64,000 nucleotides of DNA from Candidatus Eiseniibacteriota bacterium (lineage in GTDB: Bacteria > Eisenbacteria > RBG-16-71-46): NCBI GenBank assembly GCA_963717505.1, contig OY970342.1, forward strand, positions 3,296,001 through 3,360,000, in the 5' to 3' direction. Below the pieces are notes generated by a model, which was not told the origin of the DNA, searched no databases, and saw only the letters and a list, made by a program, of their open reading frames with translations. Shown here piece by piece: positions 54,585 to 64,000 of the stretch. Position 1 is the stretch's first letter, and every line of letters starts with the position of its first letter. The position numbers and the translations under genes are program-made.

Positions 54585-56216
54585 TTGAACGGCCGGAGGT
54601 TACCCTGGCTCGCACTGGTCGCGATCGCGCTCGCCTGGAAGCCTGGGGTCGGCCAGGCTAAAGGGATAGGTGAGGAGTGGGTGGCCAAGTGGCGGTCGGA
54701 CCTGGCTTTCGCGGCCGACAGCCTGCCCCGGACGCACCCCAACTTCTTCCACACGGTCACCCGCCAGGCCTACCGCGCAGCACTCGATTCCCTTTCGAGG
54801 CGCGTGCCCCAGCTCGAGCACCACGAGATCACCGTCGAGCTGGCGAGGATCATCGCGCTGGTCGGCGACGGCCACACGCGACTCACGCTTCCCTTCGATC
54901 CGAGCGCCGGCTTCTTCACCGGTCATTTGTCGACCGCGGCGCACAAAGTCCCGGGGCTCGTGATTCGCCACTACCCGATTCGGCTCGGGCTGTTCGCGGA
55001 CACACTTTGGGTCATTCAGACCGACTCGGCGAATCGCGACCTGCTCGGTGGGCGGGTCGTGACCATCGGGAGCCACTCGGCCGACGACGCAATGGCCGCG
55101 GTCGCGCCGACCGTCCAACGCGACAACGACAGCCAACTCGAGGATCTGCTTCCGACCTGGCTGGTGTGTCCCGAGATCCTCCATGCTCGCGGCGTCGTTC
55201 AAGACATGGAGCGCGCGACAATCGTGGTCGAGCACGGCGACGGGAAACGCGTGACGTCGGCCTTGTCGCCCGTGACACCGGCCAAGCCGGCGCATTGGCT
55301 CGTCGCGCGGGACACGACCTCCTTGCCGCTATGTGACCGGTTCCCCGAACGCAGCCATTGGTTCACACAACTCCCCGGAACTAAGACGTTCTACGCACGC
55401 TATCGCGAGGTACTGGACATGCCGAGCCAGAGCGTCGCCCAGTTCGCCGATTCGCTGTTCGCGGCGTTCGAAGCTGCGCGTGCCGACCGGCTGGTGCTCG
55501 ACCTGCGGGACAACGTTGGCGGCAACGGGTTCTTGAACCGACCCCTGGTCCAGCACCTGATCCGCGAGGAGAGGCTGTGGCAACCCGGCGCGCTGTGGGC
55601 CCTCGTGGATCGCGGCACGTTCTCGGCCGCGGTCATGCTCGCCGCCGACCTGGAGCTGCGCACCCCTGCGCTGCTCGTGGGGGAGAAGACGGGCGGACAC
55701 CCCAATACGTACGGTGATTCGCGGCGCACGGTGCTCCCCAATACCGGCCTGACGGTTCGGGTCTCGAGCCTCTACTGGCAGCTCACCGGGCCGGGGGACC
55801 GGCGAGATGGCATCACGCCCCACATTCCGGTCGAGATGCGTTTCGCTGATTGGCGTGCCGGGCGCGACCCGGCGCTCGACGCGGCCACCGCGCGTGGCGG
55901 AGCCGAGAGCAGCTTCGCCGGATCATGGAGCGGGCAGGTCGGCTGGGAGTACCAGCGGCTGCCGGTACGAATCGACTTCGAGCAACGTGGCCAATCGTGG
56001 AGCGGACGCATCGACCTGCCGGCCGCCGGGATCCAGGGCGTGGCGTTCACCGAGATGCAACTGTCGGATGGCGTGCTCACGGCCCGATGGAGTTCGAATG
56101 GGCAGGGGTGGGCGTTACGCGGGCGGCTCGCCGGAGAGCGAATGGTGGGGCTCCTGCACTACAACGGGCATGACTTCGCCGTTTCCCTGGACTCGATGAA
56201 CTCGTCGACGCCGTAG
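54585..56216 (+). CDS. Secreted S41 peptidase-like protein
   Basis: Signal peptide, GDGHT, LVLDLRDNVGGNG, TFSAA, VGEKTGG, GITPH. Confidence 0.8.
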   Translation: MNGRRLPWLALVAIALAWKPGVGQAKGIGEEWVAKWRSDLAFAADSLPRTHPNFFHTVTRQAYRAALDSLSRRVPQLEHHEITVELARIIALVGDGHTRLTLPFDPSAGFFTGHLSTAAHKVPGLVIRHYPIRLGLFADTLWVIQTDSANRDLLGGRVVTIGSHSADDAMAAVAPTVQRDNDSQLEDLLPTWLVCPEILHARGVVQDMERATIVVEHGDGKRVTSALSPVTPAKPAHWLVARDTTSLPLCDRFPERSHWFTQLPGTKTFYARYREVLDMPSQSVAQFADSLFAAFEAARADRLVLDLRDNVGGNGFLNRPLVQHLIREERLWQPGALWALVDRGTFSAAVMLAADLELRTPALLVGEKTGGHPNTYGDSRRTVLPNTGLTVRVSSLYWQLTGPGDRRDGITPHIPVEMRFADWRAGRDPALDAATARGGAESSFAGSWSGQVGWEYQRLPVRIDFEQRGQSWSGRIDLPAAGIQGVAFTEMQLSDGVLTARWSSNGQGWALRGRLAGERMVGLLHYNGHDFAVSLDSMNSSTP

Positions 56217-56317
56217 GCTGCAGCGGACACGTGGTCCGCAGCTCGGCACGTGGTTCTGGGCCCCCGAGCGCGACCCGTCGCCTCACGCGCAATTCCTCCA
56301 TGCGGTAGATTCCGGCG

Positions 56318-59230
56318 ATGCCCCTGACCGCCGGCACCCGCCTCGGGACCTACGAGATCGTCGAGCCGCTCGGGGCCGGTGGCATGGGTGAGGTGTACCG
56401 CGCCCGCGACACCAAGCTCGGGCGCGACGTCGCGATCAAGGTGCTGCCCGATGACGTCGCCCGCTCGCCCGACCGCCTGGCCCGCTTCGAGCGCGAGGCG
56501 AGGGCCGTCGCGAGCCTCAATCACCCCAACATCGTCACGCTGCACACGATCGAAGAGGTCGCCGGCACGCGCTTCCTCACGATGGAGCTGGTCGAAGGTC
56601 AGAGCCTCGAACGGCATCTCGTTTCCGGCGGTCTCCCAGTCGCGCGAGTGCTCGACATCGGCATCGCGCTCGCGGACGCACTGGCCGCGGCGCACGACAA
56701 GGGCGTGGTGCACCGCGATCTCAAGCCCGCGAACGTGATGATGACGGCGAACGGGCGCGTCAAGGTGCTGGACTTCGGACTGGCGAAGCTCGCCGCCACC
56801 AGCTCGGACCTGGGCGCCACACAGGCGGAAACCATGGCCGCCCCGCTCTCGACCCAGGGCCAGGTCATGGGCACGGTGCCGTACATGGCCCCCGAGCAGA
56901 TCCGAGGCGAGGCGGTCGACGCGCGCACCGATCTGTTCGCGCTGGGGGTGGTGCTGTACGAACTCGCCACTGGCCGGCGACCCTTCGTGGGCGCGACCGC
57001 GGCGGACGTGAGCTCGGCAATTCTGAGGGATGTCCCGCCGCCGCTCGCTAGCCTGCGTGCCGACCTGCCGAAAGACCTCGAGCGAATCGTAGGACGCTGC
57101 CTCGAGAAAAGCCCGAGCGCCCGCTTCCAGTCGGCCCTCGAGGCGGCCAACGAGCTGCGGCGTGCAAAGCAGAGCCTCGACAGCGGTGCAGTCGCAAGCC
57201 GCCGGCGCCTCACTCAGGTTCTGGTGGCGAGCGGGCTGCTGCTGCTCGTCGCGGCCGTCTGGATCGTGGGAGGCGTCAGGCGCAACGCCCGAGCCCAGTG
57301 GGCCCAGGCGGCGATACCGCGGATCGGCGCGCTCGCCGATTCAGCCAACATCGAGGGCGCTTGGTCGCTGGCCCAGGAAGTTCAATCGGTTCTTCACGAC
57401 GATCCGATGCTCGCGCCCGTATGGCCCCGCATCTCCCGGATCGTGAACGTGCATACAGACCCGACCGGCGCCCGCGTGCAGCGCCGCGCCTTCGCCGGAG
57501 CGGACACCGCGTGGCACGACCTCGGCGTGACGCCACTCGACAGCATCCGCGTGCCGCTCGGCGGGTGGTACCTGAGGCTCGAGAAGGAGAGTTTTCAGCC
57601 TACGCAGGTACTGGTGGCGGGACTGATTCCCACCGATCTCGAATACACGCTCGATACGGGGAAGGGCCCGACCGCGGGCATGGCGCGAGTGCCGGGCGGC
57701 CTGATGCCGGAGCTGAATCTGCCGGGACTCGAGCGATTCGGCGGCGTCACGCTCGAACCCTTCTGGATCGACGTCCACGAAATCACCAACCAGAAGTTCA
57801 AGGAGTTCGTGGACGCCGGAGGCTATCGACGGCAAGAGTTCTGGACCGAACCCTTCGTGCTCGAAGGACGCACGCTCACCTGGGAAACCGCGATGGCCCG
57901 CTTCACCGACCGGACCGGCCGGCCCGGCCCGGCAACCTGGGAGGCGGGCGATTTTCGCCTCGATCAGTCCGACCTTCCGGTGAGCGGCGTGAGCTGGTAC
58001 GAGGCGGCCGCGTACGCGAAGTTCGCCGGCAAGTCGCTGCCCACCATCTTCCACTGGGTCCGGGCGGCGCGCACTCAGGCCGCGGCCTTCATCGTCCCGC
58101 GCAGCAACTTCGACGCGCACGGCCCCGCACCCGTGGGGACGTACCACGCGATCGGCCCTTACGGCACCTTCGACATGGCCGGCAATGTCCGTGAATGGTG
58201 TCGCAACGCGGGCGGCGCCGAGCGGTACATCCTGGGCGGCGGCTGGAATGACCCGGGATACGCCTTCGCCGACGCCTACACCCAGCGCGCCCTCGACCGC
58301 TCGCCAACCAACGGGATTCGGCTCGCGAGCTATCGGGAAGGAGACTCGACTCTGGTCACGCTGGGGCACCCTGTTTCCCCTGCTTTCCGTGACTTCTACA
58401 AGGAGCGGCCGGTCGCCGACGGCATCTTCACCGTGTACCGCAGGCAGTACGACTACGACCCGTCACCATTGAACGCCAAGGTCGAGGTCCGTGATACCAC
58501 CTCCGATGGCTACGTGGTGGAGCGTGTCACGTATGCCGCGGCGTATGGCAGCGAACGGGTGACCGGCTACCTATACCTTCCCCAACGTCGCCAGGTTCCA
58601 TACCAGACCGTGGTGTTGTTCCCAGGGTCCGATGCCCTCAACATGCGGACGTTCGATCGCGGACGTTACCTCCGCATCTTCGATTTCATGTTGAAGAGCG
58701 GCCGCGCCGTCTTCTTCCCGGTGTACCAGAGCACCTACGAGCGCGGCGACGGGTACGAGACCGATACCGGAGACGAGTCGATTGCCTACCGGGATCACGT
58801 GGTTATGTGGGTCAAGGACTTCCGGCGATCTGTGGACTACCTGGCAACTCGCGCCGACGTGGATACGAGCCGCATCGCCTATTTCGGCCTCAGCTGGGGC
58901 GGCGCGATGGGCGGGATCATCCCTGCCGTCGAGCCACGGATCCGCACGGCCATCCTCTATGTTGCCGGGCTCGCGATGCAGCGCAGCCTACCGGAGGTCG
59001 AGCCGATCAACTTCCTGCCACGGGTCACTGTGCCGGTGCTGATGCTCAACGGTCGCTTCGATCACTACTTCCCGGTGGAGACCAGCCAGCGCCCGTTCTT
59101 CCAATTGCTCGGAACGCCCCCGGCGCTGAAACGTCAGGTCATCGCCGACGGCGGGCATTTCGTGCCGCGCAACCAGGTCATCGCCGAATCTCTCGACTGG
59201 TTGGACCAACACCTGGGACCGGTACAATGA
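56318..59230 (+). CDS. Ser/Thr kinase - TM - FGE/SUMF1-like domain - alpha/beta hydrolase fusion
   Basis: Kinase motifs, TM VLVASGLLLLVAAVWIV, HEITN, PVSGVSWYEAAAYA, DMAGNVREW, then GLSWGG, NGRFDHYF, GGHFVP. Confidence 0.92.
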   Translation: MPLTAGTRLGTYEIVEPLGAGGMGEVYRARDTKLGRDVAIKVLPDDVARSPDRLARFEREARAVASLNHPNIVTLHTIEEVAGTRFLTMELVEGQSLERHLVSGGLPVARVLDIGIALADALAAAHDKGVVHRDLKPANVMMTANGRVKVLDFGLAKLAATSSDLGATQAETMAAPLSTQGQVMGTVPYMAPEQIRGEAVDARTDLFALGVVLYELATGRRPFVGATAADVSSAILRDVPPPLASLRADLPKDLERIVGRCLEKSPSARFQSALEAANELRRAKQSLDSGAVASRRRLTQVLVASGLLLLVAAVWIVGGVRRNARAQWAQAAIPRIGALADSANIEGAWSLAQEVQSVLHDDPMLAPVWPRISRIVNVHTDPTGARVQRRAFAGADTAWHDLGVTPLDSIRVPLGGWYLRLEKESFQPTQVLVAGLIPTDLEYTLDTGKGPTAGMARVPGGLMPELNLPGLERFGGVTLEPFWIDVHEITNQKFKEFVDAGGYRRQEFWTEPFVLEGRTLTWETAMARFTDRTGRPGPATWEAGDFRLDQSDLPVSGVSWYEAAAYAKFAGKSLPTIFHWVRAARTQAAAFIVPRSNFDAHGPAPVGTYHAIGPYGTFDMAGNVREWCRNAGGAERYILGGGWNDPGYAFADAYTQRALDRSPTNGIRLASYREGDSTLVTLGHPVSPAFRDFYKERPVADGIFTVYRRQYDYDPSPLNAKVEVRDTTSDGYVVERVTYAAAYGSERVTGYLYLPQRRQVPYQTVVLFPGSDALNMRTFDRGRYLRIFDFMLKSGRAVFFPVYQSTYERGDGYETDTGDESIAYRDHVVMWVKDFRRSVDYLATRADVDTSRIAYFGLSWGGAMGGIIPAVEPRIRTAILYVAGLAMQRSLPEVEPINFLPRVTVPVLMLNGRFDHYFPVETSQRPFFQLLGTPPALKRQVIADGGHFVPRNQVIAESLDWLDQHLGPVQ

Positions 59231-59287
59231 CGACCTTGGTTCCGTTACAGGACTCGTAGCCCGCCGGCCGCCACGAAAGGGAGACGG

Positions 59288-59659
59288 ATGAATACGACCA
59301 AAGCAACGCACATTCGCTGGGACGCCATGCCCGACGAACGGCTGAACGACAAGCTCGAGCGCCGCTTCGTGACCGGGGAGCGCATGACGCTCGCCCAGTT
59401 CTTCCTGGCCAAGGGCTGCCTGGTGCCCCAGCACGAGCACGAGAGCGAACAGTTCTCGTTCGTAATGAAGGGCTGCCTGCGCTTTCGTCTCGGCGCCGAC
59501 GGCAACGAGGTGGTGGAGGTCCGCGGTGGGGAAGTGCTGTTGATTCCTTCGCGGCTGCCGCATTCGGCCGAAGCGCTCGAGGACTCGGTGGTCTCCGACT
59601 CGTTCAGCCCGATTCGCGGCGACTGGCTGGAGAAGCGCGACGACTACCTGAGGCGCTGA
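59288..59659 (+). CDS. Cupin domain protein
   Basis: VPQHEHESEQ, IPSRLPHSAEALED, FSPIRGDW. Confidence 0.9.
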   Translation: MNTTKATHIRWDAMPDERLNDKLERRFVTGERMTLAQFFLAKGCLVPQHEHESEQFSFVMKGCLRFRLGADGNEVVEVRGGEVLLIPSRLPHSAEALEDSVVSDSFSPIRGDWLEKRDDYLRR

Positions 59660-59664
59660 GCCCG

Positions 59665-60456
59665 ATGGATCTGGGACTCAAAGGCCGCGTGGCCCTGGTT
59701 GCTGCCGCCAGCAAGGGACTCGGCCGCGCGATCGCCGAGGCGCTGGCCGCCGAGGGCGCCTCGCTCACGATCTGCGCGCGCGGCGAAACGGCGCTCGCGG
59801 CGACGCGGGATGCGATCGCGCGCTCCGCGGGCACCCCGGTGAACGCCGTCGCTGCCGACGTCTCGCGCGCTGAAGACATCCACAAGGTGGTCCGTTCGAC
59901 GATCGAGCGCTTCGGGCGCGTCGACGTGCTGGTCACCAACGCCGGCGGGCCCCCGGTCGGCACGTTCGAGACCCTCGGCTGGGATGCCTGGCAACGCGCG
60001 GTCGAGCTCACGCTGCGCAGTGCCGTCGAACTGACGCGTGCGGTAATGCCGGGCATGCGCGAGCGGCGCTGGGGTCGCGTGATCCACGTCACCTCGATCG
60101 CCGTGAAGCAGCCGATCGACGGCCTCATGCTCTCGACCTCGATCCGTGCCGCGGTGACCGGGTTCTCGCGCACGCTCGCCAACGAAGTCGCGGCGGATGG
60201 GGTGACCGTCAACACCATCCTTCCGGGTTTCATGAACACCGAGCGCGTGAAGGAGCTGAACGAAGTGACGGCGGCCCGCGAGGGAATAGCGGTGGGGGAG
60301 ATCGAGCGGCGGACGATCGCCCAGATTCCGACGCGGCGGATCGGCGAGCCCGCCGAGTTGGCGGCACTCGCCGTGTTTCTGGCGTCGGAGCGCGCCGCCT
60401 ATGTCACCGGGCAGTCGATCGCGGTGGATGGCGGGTGGATTCGCAGCCTGATGTGA
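59665..60456 (+). CDS. SDR family oxidoreductase
   Basis: ALVAAASKGLG, VTNAGGPP, VNTILPG, VDGG. Confidence 0.92.
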   Translation: MDLGLKGRVALVAAASKGLGRAIAEALAAEGASLTICARGETALAATRDAIARSAGTPVNAVAADVSRAEDIHKVVRSTIERFGRVDVLVTNAGGPPVGTFETLGWDAWQRAVELTLRSAVELTRAVMPGMRERRWGRVIHVTSIAVKQPIDGLMLSTSIRAAVTGFSRTLANEVAADGVTVNTILPGFMNTERVKELNEVTAAREGIAVGEIERRTIAQIPTRRIGEPAELAALAVFLASERAAYVTGQSIAVDGGWIRSLM

Positions 60457-60562
60457 GTAGCACACTCTTCTCTTGGCTTCTCCTGCGCGGCCGGATGATC
60501 CCCATCTTCCTGGCCTGTCTCGGGGTGGCCGCCCCGCAACCGTGATATAGACTGCCCGGGCG

Positions 60563-61909
60563 ATGACCCAGCCTCCCGACCCGTCCCACGTGACGCCAGA
60601 ACGAAAAGTCCTCAGCGCGACCCAGCGTCGCGTGCTCGGCGCCCTGATCGAGAAGGCCAAGACGACACCCGCCGGCTATCCCATGTCGGTCAACGCGATC
60701 GTCGCGGGCTGCAACCAGAAGAGCAATCGCGACCCGGTTACGGCTTACGACGACTTCGACGTCGAGAAGGCGCTCGGCGAGCTCCAGGCGCTCGGGGTGG
60801 TCAAGGAGATCGACTGGTTGGGCCGCGTCGCGAAGTACAAACACCTCGGGCACGAGTGGTTGGGCGTTCGCCCGGTCGAGCTGGCGATCCTGACCGAGCT
60901 GATGCTGCGTGGACCGCAGAGCCTGGGTGACCTGCGTGCTCGAGCCGCCAGAATGGAACCGATTGAAGACCTCACGGCATTGAAGCCGATCGTCGAAGGT
61001 CTGGTCGAGCGCAAGCTGATGATCGAGCTGACGCCACCCGGCCGCGGTCAGATCGTGAGCCACAACCTGTATGAGCCCGAAGAACTCGCCGGACTTCGTG
61101 GACTGCACGGACGGCACGCCACTGGAGCGGCGCCAGCGGTCGTTGCGATCTCATCCCCGCAATCGGGCAGGTCGATTGAAATCGGACAGGTCGAGGCGAT
61201 CTTCCGGTATCCGGTGAAGTCCATGGGCGGCGAACGACTCGATTCCGCCCAGCTGGGATGGCACGGCCTCGACGGCGACCGGCGCCTGGCGTTCCGCAAG
61301 ATGGACGACCGCGGCGGATTTCCGTGGCTCAGCGCAAGCAAATGTCCCGACCTGCTCCGGTTTGCTCCGCACCGGCGCGTAGACGGTGCTCAGGGAGAGC
61401 TTCCCACGCATGTTCGCACACCGGATGGCCAGGACCTACCGATCTTCGGGGAGGACTTGGCCACCAAGGTTGGGCGCCGGCTCGGGGCTCCAGTGCAGAT
61501 GATGCAATTGAATCACGGCATCTTCGATGAAGCGACCATTTCTGTCATCGCCTCGGATACCGTGCGCGAGATCGGGCGACTCGCGGGGCAGAGCCCGGAC
61601 GTGCGTCGTTTTCGACCGAATGTGCTGGTTCGCCTGCTGCGACCCGGTCCTTTTCAGGAGGATGAATGGGTCGGCGGCGTGCTCTCGTTCGGCGCGGGAG
61701 ATGACGCCCCGGCCGTGGGCGTCACCATGCGTGACATTCGCTGCTCGATGGTGAACTTCGATCCCGATACGGCGGGCCCCGCGCCCGAGATGTTGAAGGC
61801 GGTGGTTCGCGTGAACCAGAACACCGCGGGGGTCTACGGCACAGTACTCAGGATCGGTCGCCTCTCCGTCGGACAGGCCGTGCTCTTCCATTCCGGGACC
61901 GAGAAATAG
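60563..61909 (+). CDS. YceH/DUF480 - MOSC domain fusion protein
   Basis: RVLGALIEK..TTP..YPMS.N....CNQKSNRDP and LMLRGPQS (DUF480); IFRYPVKS, GDRR, RRFRPN, RC.MVN.DP (MOSC). Confidence 0.85.
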   Translation: MTQPPDPSHVTPERKVLSATQRRVLGALIEKAKTTPAGYPMSVNAIVAGCNQKSNRDPVTAYDDFDVEKALGELQALGVVKEIDWLGRVAKYKHLGHEWLGVRPVELAILTELMLRGPQSLGDLRARAARMEPIEDLTALKPIVEGLVERKLMIELTPPGRGQIVSHNLYEPEELAGLRGLHGRHATGAAPAVVAISSPQSGRSIEIGQVEAIFRYPVKSMGGERLDSAQLGWHGLDGDRRLAFRKMDDRGGFPWLSASKCPDLLRFAPHRRVDGAQGELPTHVRTPDGQDLPIFGEDLATKVGRRLGAPVQMMQLNHGIFDEATISVIASDTVREIGRLAGQSPDVRRFRPNVLVRLLRPGPFQEDEWVGGVLSFGAGDDAPAVGVTMRDIRCSMVNFDPDTAGPAPEMLKAVVRVNQNTAGVYGTVLRIGRLSVGQAVLFHSGTEK

Positions 61910-61981
61910 GGAACGCGCGCGGGGCCATGAAAGCCCTGCGCGCGTTCCTACCAGCGGCGACTCGTTGCGCGAGCCGAACTA

Positions 61982-64000
61982 CTAACGAACGACCGCGATC
62001 CTCCGGCGGATCACGTGCAGCGTTCCGCCAGTGCCCTCGGCCTCGATCAAGGCCAGATAGCCACCGCTCGCCACCACCTGGCCTTCGCCGTTCTTCCCGT
62101 CCCACACGAACTGGTTGAGACCCGCTTCGCCACCCGGTTGCCCGCGCCCGAACTGGGTCTCGCGCACGAGGCTCCCGGTCTGGGTGAAGATGCGGATGGT
62201 GACTGACGCTTGGTCGTCGAGCTTGTAGGCCAGCGTCGTCAGCTGGGTCGGAGGGTGGAATGGATTCGGGAAGTTCGTGACGTAGCCGCCTGCGGCCGTC
62301 GGATTGACCAGACCCACCTGGAGGTCCAGGAATTGCTCGAGCGCACCCGAGGACGCGCGAATTCGGTCGACCTCGGGCTGGCTGGGGCTCAGGAAGTCGG
62401 CGCGCGTGTTGCCGTTCACGTCCGTCAGGCTGTCGCTGGGCGTCAAGGAGCCGGCGCCGGAAATGAGCGCGAAGGCTACCGACCGGTCCGGGACACCATT
62501 CTCATAGGCATCCACCACCCGAGCAGTCACTGTGGCGTGCTTGCTGCCGCCCACCCAGGTTGGGTTCGAGGCGAGCCGAACCGCGCTCGGCGGCCCCGGC
62601 GTGATGGTGATCGGGTTGCTGGTCGCAGGCGCGTTGCCCGCGTCGTCGCGCGCCACCAGGACGATCGGTTCGCTGTACGTGTAGGTCTGGGTGATCGAGC
62701 GCTGACCCCCGAGCAGTTGGAACTGCAGCGTCGAGAGCGTCCCACGCCCAGGCTCCCGGGTGGTCGCGTTCTGGACCTCGACGGTGACCGCCGAGTTGAT
62801 CTCCGAGATGACGGCTCCCGCGTCGTTCTGCACTTGCACGGTCAGCGTAAAGGGGTCTCCCGCCTGAACCGTCGGCGGAGTCACGGCAGCCACCAGGTGG
62901 AAACCGCTGGAAATCGCCCGCACCTGCGTGCTGCTCCCGGTTCTCGACGAATTGGTGACGTCCGAAACGGTGACTTGCTGGAAGCCTCCGGTCGCCAAGC
63001 GCAGCGGCATTTCGGCGCGGCCGTTGACCATCGCCTGGTCGGGCGGCACTTGCGCTAGAGGATCCGCGCACGTGATGTGCACGACATCGGTGGGCCCGGT
63101 GACCGGGTTCCACCACTGATCGGTCGCGAGCACGGTGAGCGTGAAGGCGTAGTTGATCGACTGGTCGATCGCTGCACCCGTCCGGCCGCTCGCCGTGCCC
63201 GGCGCCGGGGACTGGCCCGGTGCCAGGACCAGCACGCGCGAGAACGTGCCTCCGACGACGGTGACGTCGCTGGAGGTGTTGTCCGTGATCGCACCGTTGT
63301 CCAGGTCGTGGGCCGTGATCGTCTGCGCACCACTCTTGTAGAGCCTGCCCGGGAAGACCAGCTGCCCGCTCACCAGCGTCGTCTCGGCGGGAATGCCCGC
63401 GAACTCGTCGGTCGAATTGAGCGCCACCAAATCACCGATGCCGCTCACCACGTTCCAGTAGGCATCGACCGCACGAATGGTGATGGGGAAGGGGGTGCCG
63501 GCCATCTGATTGTTCGGCGTCCCGTCCTTGCCATCGGCCGTGCCGCCCCTTGCGGTCTCGCCGGGCAGGAGGACCTGAAGCTTCGTGAACGAGGCGGGAT
63601 TCGCAATGATGTTCACACTGGTCCCGGTTCTGGGAGGCGCCGAGAAGTCGGTGCACGTGAGCCGCACCGACGACCCCGCTCCGAACAGCGTAACCTGGCC
63701 GCTCCACACCCCGCCGGCAAACGTGATCAGGGAGGGTGTGCTGGTGCCCGAGCCGGTATTGGAGCCGAGCACGGCGTCACCCGCGTAGTCGTAGACGGTA
63801 TTCCCGCTCGCGTCGGTGGCGCGGATGGTGACCGTGAACGGCACCCCCGCGACCTGCGGAGACGCAATCGACGCAAAGGCGAAGTTGTCTGCGGCGTTGG
63901 GGACTACCTGGATCCCGGCGCTCGTCATCGCCGTGATCGACGAGTTGGTTTGATCGGTCACGGTCAGAGTCTGGGTTCCCACCGTCATGAACGTGAACGA
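61982..64000 (-). CDS. Large secreted multi-Ig-domain protein with FlgD-Ig C-terminal domain (5' end outside the window)
   Basis: Repeated AG.PF.vTirA.D...N units, Big-1-like segment, C-terminal NFPNPF...IRIFTQTG...WDGKNGEG..VASGGY. Confidence 0.85.
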   Translation of the reverse strand, partial: SFTFMTVGTQTLTVTDQTNSSITAMTSAGIQVVPNAADNFAFASIASPQVAGVPFTVTIRATDASGNTVYDYAGDAVLGSNTGSGTSTPSLITFAGGVWSGQVTLFGAGSSVRLTCTDFSAPPRTGTSVNIIANPASFTKLQVLLPGETARGGTADGKDGTPNNQMAGTPFPITIRAVDAYWNVVSGIGDLVALNSTDEFAGIPAETTLVSGQLVFPGRLYKSGAQTITAHDLDNGAITDNTSSDVTVVGGTFSRVLVLAPGQSPAPGTASGRTGAAIDQSINYAFTLTVLATDQWWNPVTGPTDVVHITCADPLAQVPPDQAMVNGRAEMPLRLATGGFQQVTVSDVTNSSRTGSSTQVRAISSGFHLVAAVTPPTVQAGDPFTLTVQVQNDAGAVISEINSAVTVEVQNATTREPGRGTLSTLQFQLLGGQRSITQTYTYSEPIVLVARDDAGNAPATSNPITITPGPPSAVRLASNPTWVGGSKHATVTARVVDAYENGVPDRSVAFALISGAGSLTPSDSLTDVNGNTRADFLSPSQPEVDRIRASSGALEQFLDLQVGLVNPTAAGGYVTNFPNPFHPPTQLTTLAYKLDDQASVTIRIFTQTGSLVRETQFGRGQPGGEAGLNQFVWDGKNGEGQVVASGGYLALIEAEGTGGTLHVIRRRIAVVR

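Overview
High-GC bacterial chromosomal window with about 50 CDSs and no rRNA, tRNA, CRISPR array or clear mobile element. Several secreted proteins have FlgD-Ig/T9SS-like C-terminal domains, and there are three Hanks-type Ser/Thr kinase fusions and several beta-propeller proteins; this suggests an FCB-related lineage such as Ca. Eisenbacteria (inference). Main modules: an NtrY/NtrX-like sigma54 two-component operon, a GcvT-like + two phytoene-dehydrogenase-like + Rieske oxygenase operon, two LytS/LytTR systems, a Tat-exported Mn-type SOD, a DinB-MoaD-propeller cluster, cysK, ribA and dinB. Clustered single-base frameshifts (8.8-12.5 kb, 18.5 kb, 45.4-47.9 kb) look like long-read consensus errors. 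The most notable unannotated feature is a ~165-nt multi-helix, pseudoknotted 5' leader RNA (30901-31064, minus strand). It has its own sigma70-type promoter and precedes a protein with a basic N-terminal 'FKRLVRRR..KTGESYTAAR' module, making it a candidate novel riboswitch or RNA-protein autoregulatory system. Other signals read from the sequence: leaderless promoters on all three kinase genes, a shared CCGCTCGTCC direct-repeat motif at both LytTR loci, and a sigma54 enhancer/IHF/-24-12 promoter.
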